A DNA stretch of 64,000 nt from an uncultured Clostridia bacterium. GTDB taxonomy: Bacteria > Bacillota > Clostridia > TANB77 > CAG-508. The notes below the pieces were generated by a model, which saw nothing but the letters and a program-made list of their open reading frames with translations, ran no database searches and was not told the origin of the DNA. Below, one piece after another: positions 33,101 to 44,843 of the stretch (within the stretch, counting starts at the first letter, position 1; each line of letters starts with the position of its first letter). Where the stretch lies: NCBI GenBank assembly GCA_934133165.1, contig CAKPAW010000002.1:105219-169218 (forward strand), given 5' to 3'. The position numbers and the translations under genes were made by a program.

Positions 33101-36100
33101 AGTAATTAATTCAATTTATGAAGTTCTACAAAATATGGGACTAAAAGAAGCAAATGTATTAGAACCAGCCTGTGGAACTGGTAATTTTTTAGGACTGTTA
33201 CCTAAAGAACTTTCAAATTGTAAAATTTATGGTGTTGAGAAAGATAGTATATCAGGAAGAATTGCACAACAACTATATCAAAAATCTACAATAGCTATAA
33301 GTGGATATGAAAAAGTAGATATGCCAGATAGTTTTTTTGATGTTGCAATTGGAAATGTACCTTTTGGAGATATATCTATAAATGATAGAAAGTATAATAA
33401 AAATCATTTTCTTATTCATGATTATTTTTTTGCAAAAACAATAGATAAAGTACGACCACGGAGGAATTGTTGCTTTTGTTACATCAAAAGGAACAATGGA
33501 TAAGAAGAGTCCAGATGTAAGAAAATATATTGCTCAAAGAGCTGACCTTTTGGGAGCAATAAGATTACCCAATAACACATTTTCAAAGAACGCAGGAACA
33601 GAGGTAACATCTGATATTCTTTTCTTTCAAAAAAGAGAAAATATGACAGATATTATGCCAGATTGGGTATATTTAGATGAAAATCAAGATGGAATAATAA
33701 TGAATAAATATTTTGTTGATAATCCAGATATGATTTTAGGTCAGATGCAAATGGTAAGTGGTAGATTTGGAAATGTAGCAGAATGCAAAGCATTTGATGG
33801 AATAGATTTAAAAACATTATTAAGTGAAGCAGTAGACAAAATAAATGGAGAAATAACGGAATATACAGTTGGAGATATTGAAGAAAATGAACAAGTAGCA
33901 ATACCAGCAGATCCTAATGTGAAAAATTATTCTTATGCTTTAATAGATGGAAAAGTATATTTTAGAGAAAACAGCTTAATGATGGAACAAGATTTACCAA
34001 TTACTACAATGAGTAGAATAAAAGGTATGATAGATCTTCGTGATGCAACTTATGATTTAATTGATTTACAAACTGAAAATTATCCTGATGAAAATATAAA
34101 AGTAGCTCAAAATAAATTAAATAGGCTATATGATGAATATGTAAAAAAATATGGAAGAATAAATAGTAGAGGAAATAAACTAGCCTTTGAAGCAGATAGT
34201 AGTTATTATTTATTGTGTTCATTAGAAGTAATGGATGATGGAAAGTTTAAGAGAAAAGCAGATATGTTCTCAAAAAGAACAATAAACGCATACAAGGAAA
34301 TTACAAATGTTGATACAGCAAATGAAGCACTTATTGTTTCATTATCAGAAAAGGCAAAAGTTGATTTAGAGTATATGTCAAAACTTACAGCTAAAAGTCA
34401 AGATGAAATAATAAAAGAATTAGAAGGCATAATTTATAAAGTTCCAATGGAAGATAATAAGTATGTTACAGCAGATGAATATCTTTCTGGCAATATAAGA
34501 GAAAAATTAAAATTAGCAGAAGCGTTGGTAGAAACACATCCAGAATTTAAAATTAATATTGAAGGATTAAAAAAAGTTATGCCTGAAGATATTAAAGCAA
34601 GTGATATAGGTGTAAAGTTAGGTTCTACTTGGATACCACAAGAAATAATTAATGAGTTTATGTATCAATTATTAAATACTGGAAGTTATGAACAAGGAAA
34701 AATAAAAGCTAATTACAGCAGTTTTACTGGAGCATGGTATATATCATGTAAAAGTTATGATTATGGAAATGTAAAAGCATATAATGCTTATGGAACTTCA
34801 AGAATAAATGCGTACGAAATAATAGAAAAAACACTAAATTTAAAAGATGTTAAAATCTATGATACAAAAACGGATATAGATGGAAATAAAATAAGGGAGT
34901 TTAATGGTAAAGAAACAGCTATTGCACAGGCAAAACAAGAACAAATAAAACAAGCATTTACAGATTGGATTTTCAAAGATCAAGAAAGAAGAGAAAAGTT
35001 AGTTAGATTATATAATGATACTTTTAATAGTGTTAGACCAAGAACTTATGATGGAAGTCATTTGAAATTTGCAGGAATGAGTCCAGAAATAACATTGAGA
35101 AAACATCAGGAGAATGCAATAGCTCATATATTGTATGGTAAAAATACTCTTTTAGCACATGAAGTAGGAGCTGGTAAAACTTTTGAAATGGTAGCAGGTG
35201 CTATGGAAAGTAAAAGACTTGGACTATGTAACAAGTCTATTTTTGTTGTTCCAAACCACATCATTGAACAGTTTGGAAGTGAATTTTTACAACTATATCC
35301 ATCAGCAAACATTTTAGTTGCTACAAAAAAAGACTTTGCTACAGCAAATCGTAAAAAGTTTTGCAGTAGAATTGCGACAGGGGATTACGATGCGATTATA
35401 ATTGGACATAGTCAATTTGAAAGAATACCAATGTCTTATGAAAGACAACAAGTATTAATTGATAATCAAATTAGAACAATTATAAATGGGATTGAAGAAG
35501 CTAAAAGGAATAATGCAGAGAACTTTACTATTAAGCAAATGGAAAAAACAAGAAGAGGTTTAGAAAATAAATTAGAAAAGCTAAAAGCAGACCATAGAAA
35601 AGATAATGTAATTAATTTTGAGCAACTTGGAATTGACAAGATGTTTGTAGATGAAGCTCATAATTATAAGAATTTGTTTTTATATACAAAAATGACAAAT
35701 GTTGGTGGAATTACACAAACGGATGCACAAAAAAGTAGTGATATGTTTATGAAATGTCGATATTTAGATGAAATTACAGGTGGAAAGGGAGTTGTGTTTG
35801 CAACAGGTACACCAGTAAGTAATTCTATGGTTGAACTATATACAATGCAGAGATATTTACAATATGATGAATTGGAAAGAATGCACTTGGAAAACTTTGA
35901 TAACTGGGCATCTACATTTGGAGAAACAGTAACAGCAATGGAACTTTCACCAGATGGAACGAGTTATAGAAGTAAGACTAGGTTTTCACAATTTCATAAT
36001 TTACCAGAACTGATGAGTATGTTTAGAGAAACAGCAGATATTCAAACAGCAGACACTTTAAATCTTCCGACACCTGAAGTTATAACACACAATGTTTTAG

Positions 36101-37593
36101 TGCAACCGAGTGAAATTCAAAAAGAAATGGTTTCTAAACTTGCAGAAAGAGCAGAAGATATAAGAAAAGGAAATATAGATCCTAAAAAAGATAATATGCT
36201 TAAAATAACAAATGAAGGTAGGCAATTGGCTTTAGACCAAAGACTGATGAATGATATGATAGAAGATAATGAAAATAGTAAAGTATCTACTTGTGCTAAT
36301 AATATTTATAAGCTATGGGAACAAAACAAAGAAGAAAAATTAACACAGTTGGTATTTTGCGATTTATCTACACCAAAAAGATTTGAAGAAAAATTTGATG
36401 AAGATGGAAATTATGTTTTTACAGATGTTTATAATGATTTGAGAAGAAAATTAGTATTAAAAGGCATACCAAGAGAAGAAGTTGCTTTTATACATGAAGC
36501 TGATAATGAAAGTAAAAAGAAGGAACTATTTGCTAAAGTAAGAAAAGGCGAAGTTAGAGTTTTAATTGGTAGTACAAGTAAAATGGGAGCAGGAACAAAT
36601 GTGCAAGATAGAATAATTGCTCTGCATCATTTAGATACTCCGTATAGACCAGCAGATTTAACTCAGAGAAATGGTAGAGGTGTAAGGCAAGGAAATAGAA
36701 ACAAATCAGTGCATATATTTACTTATGTTACAGAAAGAACCTTTGATGCTTATTTATTTCAAATGCTAGAAAGAAAACAAAAATTTATTTCACAAATAAT
36801 GACCTCAAAGACTCCAGACAGATCAATGGAAGATATTGATGATAAAGCATTAAGTTATGGAGAGATTAAAGCATTAGCTACTGGAAATAAAGTAATATTA
36901 GAAAAGACACAATTGGAGTCTGACTTATCTAAATTAAAGATTATTAAACAAAGTTATTTAAGCCAAATTTACGATTTACAGGACAAGGTGGCAAAAGATT
37001 ATCCTAATAAAATAAAAGAGCTTGAAACTCAAAAAGAAGCTTATGAAAATGATGTTAAGCAAGTAGAAAATAATACAATCAATAATTCGGAAGGCTTTTC
37101 TAAAATGATTATAAAAGGTGTAGAATATGCTGATAAAGAACAGGCAGGAAAAGCATTATTAGAAGCTTGTAAAAACAAATCTAAAGCTGATGAAGAACTA
37201 ATTGGAGAGTACAGAGGATTTAAAATGCTATTATCTTTTGATACACTTCAAAAACAATTTAATATGACTTTAAAAAATGAATATAGTTATCATACAGCAC
37301 TTGGAACAGATGTCTTTGGTAATATAACTAGATTAAATAATACATTAGAGGGTATAGAAGGAAACATTAAATATGCTGTAAATGATATAGAATTTATAAA
37401 AAGACAAATTGTAAATGCTAAAATAGAATTAGATAAACCATTTGAAAAAGAAAACGAAATCAAAGAAAAAACAAAAAGACTACAAGAAATAAATATTGAG
37501 CTTGGAATAGATGAAAACGATAAGCAAGTTATGGATGAGCCAGAAAATGATGAACTGGAAAAAGAAAATAAAGAGAAAAATTTAGAAAGATAA
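30105..37593 (+). CDS. Giant ArdC-like / N6-adenine DNA methyltransferase / SNF2-helicase fusion protein; needs a +1 shift at CGG 33459-33461
   Basis: N-terminal ArdC_N-like block (FKYDFDDQVLIFAQRPDARACATMDEWNRKLKRWV). SAM motif VLEPACGTGNF and catalytic GNVPFG. After the shift, RPGGIVAFVTSKGTMDK, then helicase motifs HEVGAGKT, DEAHNYKN and QRNGRGVRQGN. ORFs 30105-33503 and 33496-37593 are one gene. Confidence 0.85.
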
Positions 37594-37638
37594 TACAGAT
37601 AACAGCTGTATTATTTTTTTGTTTTAGGAGGTGTTTTA

Positions 37639-38619
37639 TTGCCATATATACCACCAGAAATAGTAGAAAAAGCAAAAGAAATGGATGTTTTAACTTATTT
37701 ACAAAACTATGAACCAAACGAATTAGTTAAAGTTGGAAATGGAACTTACAGCACAAAAACACACGATAGTATAAGAATTAGTAATGGATTATGGAATTGG
37801 TTTTCAAGAGGTGTTGGAGGAAAAAATGCAGTTTCTTACTTAATGAAAGTTAAGAATTATTCTTTTTTGGATGCTATACAAACAATTATAGGTAATGTAA
37901 GTGTTAAACAGCCTGTAATTTATAGAGAAGAAAAGAAAGAAAAAACAGAATTTGTTTTGCCATTAAAATCAATTAATTCAGAAAGGGCAAAGAGATATTT
38001 AGTAAAAAGAGGAATTGATTTAGAGATAATTAATGAGTGTATAAATAGTGGATTAATTTATGAAAGTGAGCCAAATCATAATGTTGTTTTTCTTGGTACA
38101 GATGAAGAAAAAAAGTATAAATATGCTTTCTTTAGAGGAACAAATGATACAAGATTTATGGGAGAATCGAAAGGAAGTGATAAGGCATACACATTTAGAT
38201 TACTTTCAAATAATGAAAGTGAGAGAGTTCATTTATTTGAAAGTGCAATAGATTTATTATCTTATGCAACGCTATTAAAAATGAAAAATATTGATTGGAA
38301 AAATGAAAATATGATTTCACTGGGTGGAGTAAATAAACCATCAGAAGAACAAGAAGTTAATGATAAGATTCCAATAGCAATTATAAAATTTTTAGAAAAT
38401 AATTCTAATATAAAGCAAATATATTTGCATTTTGATAATGATGAAATTGGAGAAAAAGCAAGCAAAGCACTTATGGAAAAATTGTCTAATAAATATGAAG
38501 TGATAGATAATCGACCACCAGTAGGTAAAGATTGTAATGATTATTTAAAATATGTTTTAGATTTTCAAAACATAAATAGGCAAGCAAATAATAAAAGAAT
38601 TTATGAAAAAGTAAGATAA
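37639..38619 (+). CDS. DUF3991/Toprim-domain protein (primase-like)
   Basis: TTG start. N-terminal ...SIRISNGLWNWFSRGVGGKNAVSYLM (DUF3991-like) and a C-terminal Toprim-like HLFESAIDLLSY...HFDNDEIGEKA. Confidence 0.7.
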   Translation: MPYIPPEIVEKAKEMDVLTYLQNYEPNELVKVGNGTYSTKTHDSIRISNGLWNWFSRGVGGKNAVSYLMKVKNYSFLDAIQTIIGNVSVKQPVIYREEKKEKTEFVLPLKSINSERAKRYLVKRGIDLEIINECINSGLIYESEPNHNVVFLGTDEEKKYKYAFFRGTNDTRFMGESKGSDKAYTFRLLSNNESERVHLFESAIDLLSYATLLKMKNIDWKNENMISLGGVNKPSEEQEVNDKIPIAIIKFLENNSNIKQIYLHFDNDEIGEKASKALMEKLSNKYEVIDNRPPVGKDCNDYLKYVLDFQNINRQANNKRIYEKVR

Positions 38620-38640
38620 AATTTGGAGGAAAAAATTAGA

Positions 38641-38985
38641 ATGAACAAATATAAAATTGAATTTAAACAAATATTTAATAGATTAGTAACAATATATGCA
38701 GAAGATGAAGAACAAGCAATGAAGGTAGTTGAACAAACTTATTTAAAAACAGATTTGCTAGATGATAATGAAAAAGATTTAGTGGGAATTGAAGCTAAAA
38801 TCTTAGAAAAAAATGGAGAAAAAGTTGATAGAAAAGAAGAAATACCAGAAAATTTTGAAAACTTTTTAGATGAAAATGATATTGAATATCTTGAAGGTTT
38901 AACAAATGAGATTGAAGAAAATTTAGGAGAAATTAAAGAAGTTTTAGGAGCAAACATGATTGAAGATTGTGCTTACAATAATTAA
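38641..38985 (+). CDS. Hypothetical acidic protein
   Basis: ATG 38641 within ORF 38623-38985; no family recognised. Confidence 0.4.
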   Translation: MNKYKIEFKQIFNRLVTIYAEDEEQAMKVVEQTYLKTDLLDDNEKDLVGIEAKILEKNGEKVDRKEEIPENFENFLDENDIEYLEGLTNEIEENLGEIKEVLGANMIEDCAYNN

Positions 38986-39039
38986 ATAGAAAGATATTCT
39001 TATTTTAGGAAAATATAAAAATTTAAAAATCTTGTCCTA

Positions 39040-39101
39040 GCAAGCACTGCATTTGTACTCCCGCACAAATACAAATTATGGGGAAACCCCAATCCCCATA
39101 A
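39040..39101 (+). promoter_or_regulatory. Candidate oriT region
   Basis: Locally GC-rich inverted repeats immediately upstream of mobC-relaxase: atttgt/acaaat, and ttatgggg...ccccataa with the competing gggg-aaa-cccc. Confidence 0.35.
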
Positions 39102-39131
39102 AAATGATATTAAGAAGGAAAGGAAATTTTA

Positions 39132-39467
39132 TTGAGAAAAAGAGATATAAAAAAGCAAGTTTGGTTAAATGAAAATGAAAATAAAATCTTAAAAGAGAAT
39201 GCAAAAAAATGTGGCTTAAATGAAAGTTCTTATTTAAGAAATTTAATAATTGGTTATAAACCGAAAGAACAACCAACGGAAAAAATGTTTGAAATAATTA
39301 ATCAATTAAAATATGTTGGAATTAATTTAAACCAAATTGCAAGAAAAGCAAACAGTTTAGGTTTAGTTGATGCTCCTTTTTATAAAAAAGTATATTCAAA
39401 ATGGAATGAATTATCGGAACAAATAAAAAAGGAATTTTTAGATGTAGAAAAAAATGGCAATAACTAA
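39132..39467 (+). CDS. MobC-family relaxosome accessory protein
   Basis: KKQVWLNENENKILKENAKKCGLNESSYLRNLI is the MobC/ribbon-helix-helix signature. The gene overlaps the relaxase start. Confidence 0.8.
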   Translation: MRKRDIKKQVWLNENENKILKENAKKCGLNESSYLRNLIIGYKPKEQPTEKMFEIINQLKYVGINLNQIARKANSLGLVDAPFYKKVYSKWNELSEQIKKEFLDVEKNGNN

Positions 39468-40803
39468 AATTAAAAAAATAAAAAAGAGATTAGACCATGT
39501 TATAGATTATACTACTAATCCTAGTAAAACAAGTAAAGAAAATTATAGTGATTTGCACAATGTAATTGAATATACGAAGGCTTCGTATAAAACAGAAGAA
39601 CAATTATATGTAACTGCTTTGAATTGTGATCAAGAAACAATATATGAAGATATGATGAGAACGAAAAGAAGATTTAGTAAAACTGATGGGATTTTAGGAT
39701 TTCATGTAATACAGTCTTTTAAAGAAAATGAAGTAACTCCAGAATTAGCACATAGCATTGGAGTACAACTTGCTAATGAACTTTGGAGTGATAAATATGA
39801 AGTTATAATTACAACACACTTAAATACTAATCATATTCACAATCACTTCTGTTTTAATTCTGTTTCATATATTGATGGAAAAAAATATCATGACTGTAAT
39901 GAAACTTATGCTTTAATTAGAGAAACATCAGATAGAATTTGTGAAGAAAATAGATTGAGTGTAATTGATGAAAAGAAATGTCCAAAAAGTAAAATTAATT
40001 ATAATAATTTTTATAAGGGACAAGCTCAAAAATCTAGTTACAATATGATAGTAAAAGAAGATATTGATTATGCAATAGCACAAGCATTTTCTTATAATGA
40101 TTTCTTATCAATATTAAGAAAAATGGATTATACAATTACAAATCGTTATGGGAAATTAAGTGTTAGAAAAGAACCATATAAAAGAAATATAAGAATAGAA
40201 AGAGCTTTTGGAGATGATTATAAAATTGAAAATATTGAAAAGAAAATATATGAAGTGTCAGCAACAAGAGAATCATTCCCAGAAGTAAGAAGTAAAAAGT
40301 ATAAAAGCAAAAGTAAATTAAATTTAAAAAATAGAAAAAAAGCAACAGGTATAAAAGCATTGTATTTTCATTATTGTTTTTTACTAAAGGTTTTTCAAAA
40401 AAATAAGAATATACCTAAAAGATATTCAAAGGAATTAAAAGAAGAAATAAAAAGAATGGACAAGATTTCTAACGAAACAAGATTTTTGTGTAACAAAGAT
40501 ATAAAGTCATTAGAAGAATTAAAAGCATATAAAAAATATTTAACTATTGATAGAAAAGAGTTAAAAAGCAAAATTGAAAGTTTATACAAAAAGAAGAAAA
40601 AAACAAATACAAAAATTGAAATTGAAAATATTAATACTGAAATAAAAATAATACAAGAAAAAATAAAAGAATTAAATTATGAAATTGAACTGGTTGAAGA
40701 TATTGAACAAAGAGTACCAAAGATAAAAGAAAATATGGAAAAAGTTGAAAATGAAAATCCAGAACAAAGAAAGGAGAAAACAAGAGTTGAGCATATCAAG
40801 TGA
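39454..40803 (+). CDS. Relaxase/mobilisation nuclease (MobA/VirD2 family)
   Basis: His triad in HLNTNHIHNHFCFNSV and an N-terminal catalytic Tyr region; coiled-coil C-terminus. Confidence 0.85.
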   Translation: MAITKIKKIKKRLDHVIDYTTNPSKTSKENYSDLHNVIEYTKASYKTEEQLYVTALNCDQETIYEDMMRTKRRFSKTDGILGFHVIQSFKENEVTPELAHSIGVQLANELWSDKYEVIITTHLNTNHIHNHFCFNSVSYIDGKKYHDCNETYALIRETSDRICEENRLSVIDEKKCPKSKINYNNFYKGQAQKSSYNMIVKEDIDYAIAQAFSYNDFLSILRKMDYTITNRYGKLSVRKEPYKRNIRIERAFGDDYKIENIEKKIYEVSATRESFPEVRSKKYKSKSKLNLKNRKKATGIKALYFHYCFLLKVFQKNKNIPKRYSKELKEEIKRMDKISNETRFLCNKDIKSLEELKAYKKYLTIDRKELKSKIESLYKKKKKTNTKIEIENINTEIKIIQEKIKELNYEIELVEDIEQRVPKIKENMEKVENENPEQRKEKTRVEHIK

Positions 40804-41587
40804 TTCGGCAGAACAAACTATTAGACTAACACTAGAAGGAGTTGAAGTAGTTGCTAGAATAAGTGGTGTAGCTGTAAAAAATATTGCAGCAGCATTATAT
40901 ACAATTTCTAAAGACCAAAAACAGACAAAAGGCAAAACAAGATTAAGCAACATGATAAAAAGTGATAATGAATTAAAAATCTTTTCAATAAAAAAGGAAG
41001 ATTTACGAACATTTTATAGAGAAGCTAAAGGGTATGGAATTTTGTATTGTGCATTAGTTACCAAAAGTAATAAAAATATTGACGGTATGGTTGATATTAT
41101 GGTTAGAGCAAAAGACGCACCACAGGTTAATAGAATTGTAGACAGATTTAATTTATCAACATTTAGTAAAGCGTCAATTCAAACTGATATTGAACAAGAT
41201 AGAGAAAATGTAAAAAAAGAAAAAAATATATCTGATGCAGAACCAGATAAAGGAACAGAAAGAAAAGAAGTTAATGATAATATGGTAGAAGATATATTAT
41301 TTACACCAAAAGAAAATTCAAATCAAAACCCCGAAGTAGCAAAGACGGAAAAAAGCCCTCTGTCAGAGCATTCCTTGAAGAGCAAAAGCAATTCCGAAGG
41401 GGTTACTGAACCTGTGAAAAAAGAATCTGTAAAAAAGAAATTAAAAGAAGCAGAAGCAGAGTTGAAGGTTGAAACGGAATTGAAGAAAGCTCAAAAATTA
41501 AAAGAAAATGTAGTATTTGATTTACCAACAAAAAATGATACACAAATACCAAAACTAGATATTACAAATAAGGAAAGAGGAAAATAG
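40787..41587 (+). CDS. PcfB-family (DUF3801) conjugation protein
   Basis: TTG at 40787 follows the RBS aaaggag. AEQTIRLTLEGVEVVARISG...IFSIKKEDLRTFYREAKGYGILYCAL is PcfB-like. Confidence 0.7.
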   Translation: MSISSDSAEQTIRLTLEGVEVVARISGVAVKNIAAALYTISKDQKQTKGKTRLSNMIKSDNELKIFSIKKEDLRTFYREAKGYGILYCALVTKSNKNIDGMVDIMVRAKDAPQVNRIVDRFNLSTFSKASIQTDIEQDRENVKKEKNISDAEPDKGTERKEVNDNMVEDILFTPKENSNQNPEVAKTEKSPLSEHSLKSKSNSEGVTEPVKKESVKKKLKEAEAELKVETELKKAQKLKENVVFDLPTKNDTQIPKLDITNKERGK

Positions 41588-42463
41588 ATGATAGAATTAG
41601 AAGATGTATTTTCTAATTTTGAAAGAAAAAATAGAAAATACAATAAGGAAGAATGGATTGATTATAAAAGAAAAGAAAAACAAGATGTTTATAAGCTAAT
41701 TGATGAAAGTGCAGAAAAAATAGTACAAAATGGCGAAGAATTTAAGAAATACCTAAATACTTTAAGTAAATTTGAACAATATTCTGTCGCAAATACTTTA
41801 TTAATAAATGCACAAATGCCAGAAGCAATTATGCTAAAAGATTTTGATAACTGGACAAGCATTGGTGGTTATCCAAAGAAAAATAGAAAACCAGATATAA
41901 AAATATTAGAACCAGCAGACACTTATATGAGAGAAGATGGTAGTATTGGAACTAATTATAATGTAAAATATTTGACAGATATTTCTCAAGTTAATATAAG
42001 GCAAAGAGCAAGAGAAATAAGATATGATGATAAATTATTATTAAAAGTTTTCTTACAGTCAAGTCAAGCGAGAATTGAAGTTGTAGATAAAATTGAAAAT
42101 ACTGATAGAGTTGCACTATATGATTTTGAAAATGATGTTTTACAAATAGCTAGATGCGAAGATAGAACAAAACTTTTCAATGAATTGACGCAAGAATTAG
42201 CAAAACAAGAAATAGGCGAAAATTGTGATTATGCAGATTTTAAAGTCAATGCTGTATCGTATATGATTTGTAAAAAATATAATTTGAATTTTTTAAATTA
42301 TAATATTACAGATATACCTTATGGTTTAACTACAATGTCAGCAAAGGAGATTAGAGAACAATTAGAGCCTATTCATGATTCTATGGAAAGTATAAGTGGA
42401 AGAATAAGTCATAATATCGAAAGTATTTCAAGACAAAATAGAGAAAAAGAACAAGCAAGATAG
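41588..42463 (+). CDS. ArdC_N-like ssDNA-binding/antirestriction-like protein
   Basis: FEQYSVANTLLINAQMPEAIMLKDFDNWTSIGGYPKKNRKPDIKILEP resembles the ArdC N-terminal domain. Confidence 0.5.
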   Translation: MIELEDVFSNFERKNRKYNKEEWIDYKRKEKQDVYKLIDESAEKIVQNGEEFKKYLNTLSKFEQYSVANTLLINAQMPEAIMLKDFDNWTSIGGYPKKNRKPDIKILEPADTYMREDGSIGTNYNVKYLTDISQVNIRQRAREIRYDDKLLLKVFLQSSQARIEVVDKIENTDRVALYDFENDVLQIARCEDRTKLFNELTQELAKQEIGENCDYADFKVNAVSYMICKKYNLNFLNYNITDIPYGLTTMSAKEIREQLEPIHDSMESISGRISHNIESISRQNREKEQAR

Positions 42464-42473
42464 GAGGCAATTA

Positions 42474-42671
42474 TTGGAAGAACAAATAATTTTAGTTTTA
42501 AATAAGTATGAATTTGGTTTAATAGTAAATGCTTTAAATGAACTTCGTACAGATTTACAAAAGGAAAACAAAGATAGAGAACCTGTAAATGAATTGCTTT
42601 TAAGATTACTAAATACCCCAGTAAAAAAGAAAAGTATATTTAAAAGAGAGCGAATAGTAAGCGAAAGATAA
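42474..42671 (+). CDS. TnpW-like small protein
   Basis: 65 aa. It sits upstream of the coupling protein, as in many Firmicute conjugative transposons, and shares EPVNELLLRL with 21928-22074. Confidence 0.5.
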   Translation: MEEQIILVLNKYEFGLIVNALNELRTDLQKENKDREPVNELLLRLLNTPVKKKSIFKRERIVSER

Positions 42672-42690
42672 TAATCAACAAAATACTCTT

Positions 42691-44473
42691 TTGTATATAT
42701 TAGGAATTATACCAGTTATATGGTTATCATTATTAATAGCACCATATATAAGGGGTGGACTTGCAGAAGTAATAAAAAAATTTGGCGAAATAAGTTCAAA
42801 TCCTTTTAATATTATATGGTGCGAGTATAGTTTAAAAACTATAATTATTGCACTATGTATTTATATTTTAGGAATAGGAATGTATGAATCTACGAGAAAA
42901 AATTATCGTAGAAGAGAAGAATATGGTTCAGCAAAATGGGGTATTGTTAGTGCAATAAATAAAAAATATAGACAAAAGCCATTTTGTGATAATAAAATTT
43001 TAACAAAAAATTTAGCTTTAGGATTAGATGGAAAAAGGCATAGAAGAAACTTAAATGTTTTAGTATGTGGTGGAAGTGGTGCAGGAAAAACAAGATTTTA
43101 TTGCAAACCAAATGTTATGCAATGTAGTTCAAAATGCTCCTATGTAATTCTTGATCCGAAGCGGAGAAATTTTAAGAGATACAGGAAATCTATTAGAGAA
43201 AAAAGGTTATGAAGTAAGAGTTTTAGACTTAATCAATATGGAGAAAAGTCATTGTTATAATCCTTTTGTATATCTAAAAACTGACAATGATGTGCAAAGA
43301 TTAGTAACAAATTTATTTAAGAGTACAACTCCTAAACGGAAGTCAAAGCCAAGATCCTTTTTGGGATACAGCAGGAAGTATGTTATTACTTGCTCTTATT
43401 TTTTATCTAAAATATGAAGCGCCAGAAGAAGAGCAGAACTTTCCGATGGTACTTGAGATGCTTCGTGCAGCAGATGTAAACGAAGAACAAGAAAATCCTA
43501 TAAGTGCAGTGGATATTTTATTCGATAAATTGGAATATGAAAATCCAGAACATATTGCTTTAAAATATTATAGAAATTATAGGTCAGGTTCTGCAAAGAC
43601 ATTAAAATCAATACAAATTACTTTAGCAGCAAGATTAGAAAAGTTTAACTTGGAAAGTCTTGCTAATATTGTTAAGTATGATGAATTAGATTTGCCAAGT
43701 TTAGGCGAAAAGAAAGTAGCATTATTTGCCTTAATTCCAGATAATGATACAAGTTTTAATTTTCTAGTAAGTATTTTATATACACAATTATTTCAACAGT
43801 TATTTTATATAGCTGACCATAAATATGGTGGCAGTTTGCCAGTCCATGTTCATTTTGTGATGGACGAATTTGCAAATGTTAGTCTACCAGATGACTTCGA
43901 TAAAATTTTAAGTGTAATGAGGTCAAGGTCAGTTTCTGTTTCTATCATTCTCCAAAACCTAGCACAATTAAAGGCGTTATTCGATAAGCAATGGGAAAGT
44001 ATTGTACGGAAATTGCGATACTTTTTTGTATTTGGGTGGAAATGAACAAAGTACCCATAAATATGTATCTGAGCTATTACGGAAAAGAAACAATAGATCT
44101 AGATACACATGGGAAAAGTTCAGGGAGAAGTGGTAATTATTCTACAAATTATCAAATCGCTGGGAGAGAAAAAATGACACCAGATGAAGTGCGTTTATTA
44201 GATAATAATTATGCACTTTGTTTTATTCGTGGCGAAAGACCAATTAAAGACTATAAATATGATATTTTAAAACACCCTAATATTGCTTTAACTACTGATG
44301 GTGGTGAAAAACCATATATTCATGGCAAAACTGATAAGGCATCAGCTTCTATTATTGTGCTAGATGAAAATAATGGAGAAGAAATAGTAACAAATTTTGA
44401 AGAAAATGAATTACTAGAAAATTATGAATTATTGTCAGAAGAAGAAGTTGAGGCATTTATTAGGGAGGAATAA
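42691..44473 (+). CDS. Type IV coupling protein (VirD4/TraG family); needs four +1 shifts at in-frame CGG codons
   Basis: Four overlapping ORFs (42691, 43151, 43380, 43991) join at CGG 43162, 43337, 44007 and 44080. The joins give Walker A VCGGSGAGKT, ILDPK-GEIL, TTPK-GSQSQDPFWD, Walker B VHFVMDEF, SIV-GNCDTFLYLGG and SELL-GKETIDL. Confidence 0.88.
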
Positions 44474-44480
44474 ATACACA

Positions 44481-44801
44481 TTGAAAAATAAAAAAATATT
44501 AAAACAAGTTTTAAAAAATATTGCAAGAATTTTATTTTATATAGTTATCTTATTTACAGCACAAGCAAGCAATGTTTTTGCTGCTGATGACCCATTAGCA
44601 GTGGTAAATAATCTTTCAAATTTTATCTTTGGATTAATTCGTGCTGTTGGTATGATTATACTTGGTTTTGGAGTAGTACAAGTTGGTATGAGTTTGAAAT
44701 CACACGATCCCAGTCAGCGAGCAAATGGAATAATGACTCTAGCAGGTGGAATTGTAATCACATTTGCAAAAGAAATTTTAAATATAATAACAGGTGGATA
44801 A
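44481..44801 (+). CDS. Maff2-family small membrane protein
   Basis: TTG 44481 lies after the coupling-protein stop region. Signal/TM segment, AADDPLAVVNNLSNFIFGLIRAVG and a second TM are typical of Maff2. Confidence 0.6.
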   Translation: MKNKKILKQVLKNIARILFYIVILFTAQASNVFAADDPLAVVNNLSNFIFGLIRAVGMIILGFGVVQVGMSLKSHDPSQRANGIMTLAGGIVITFAKEILNIITGG

Positions 44802-44843
44802 CAAGGGCAAGTTTATAGCTTGCCTTTTAAAAGGGAGTGAAAA

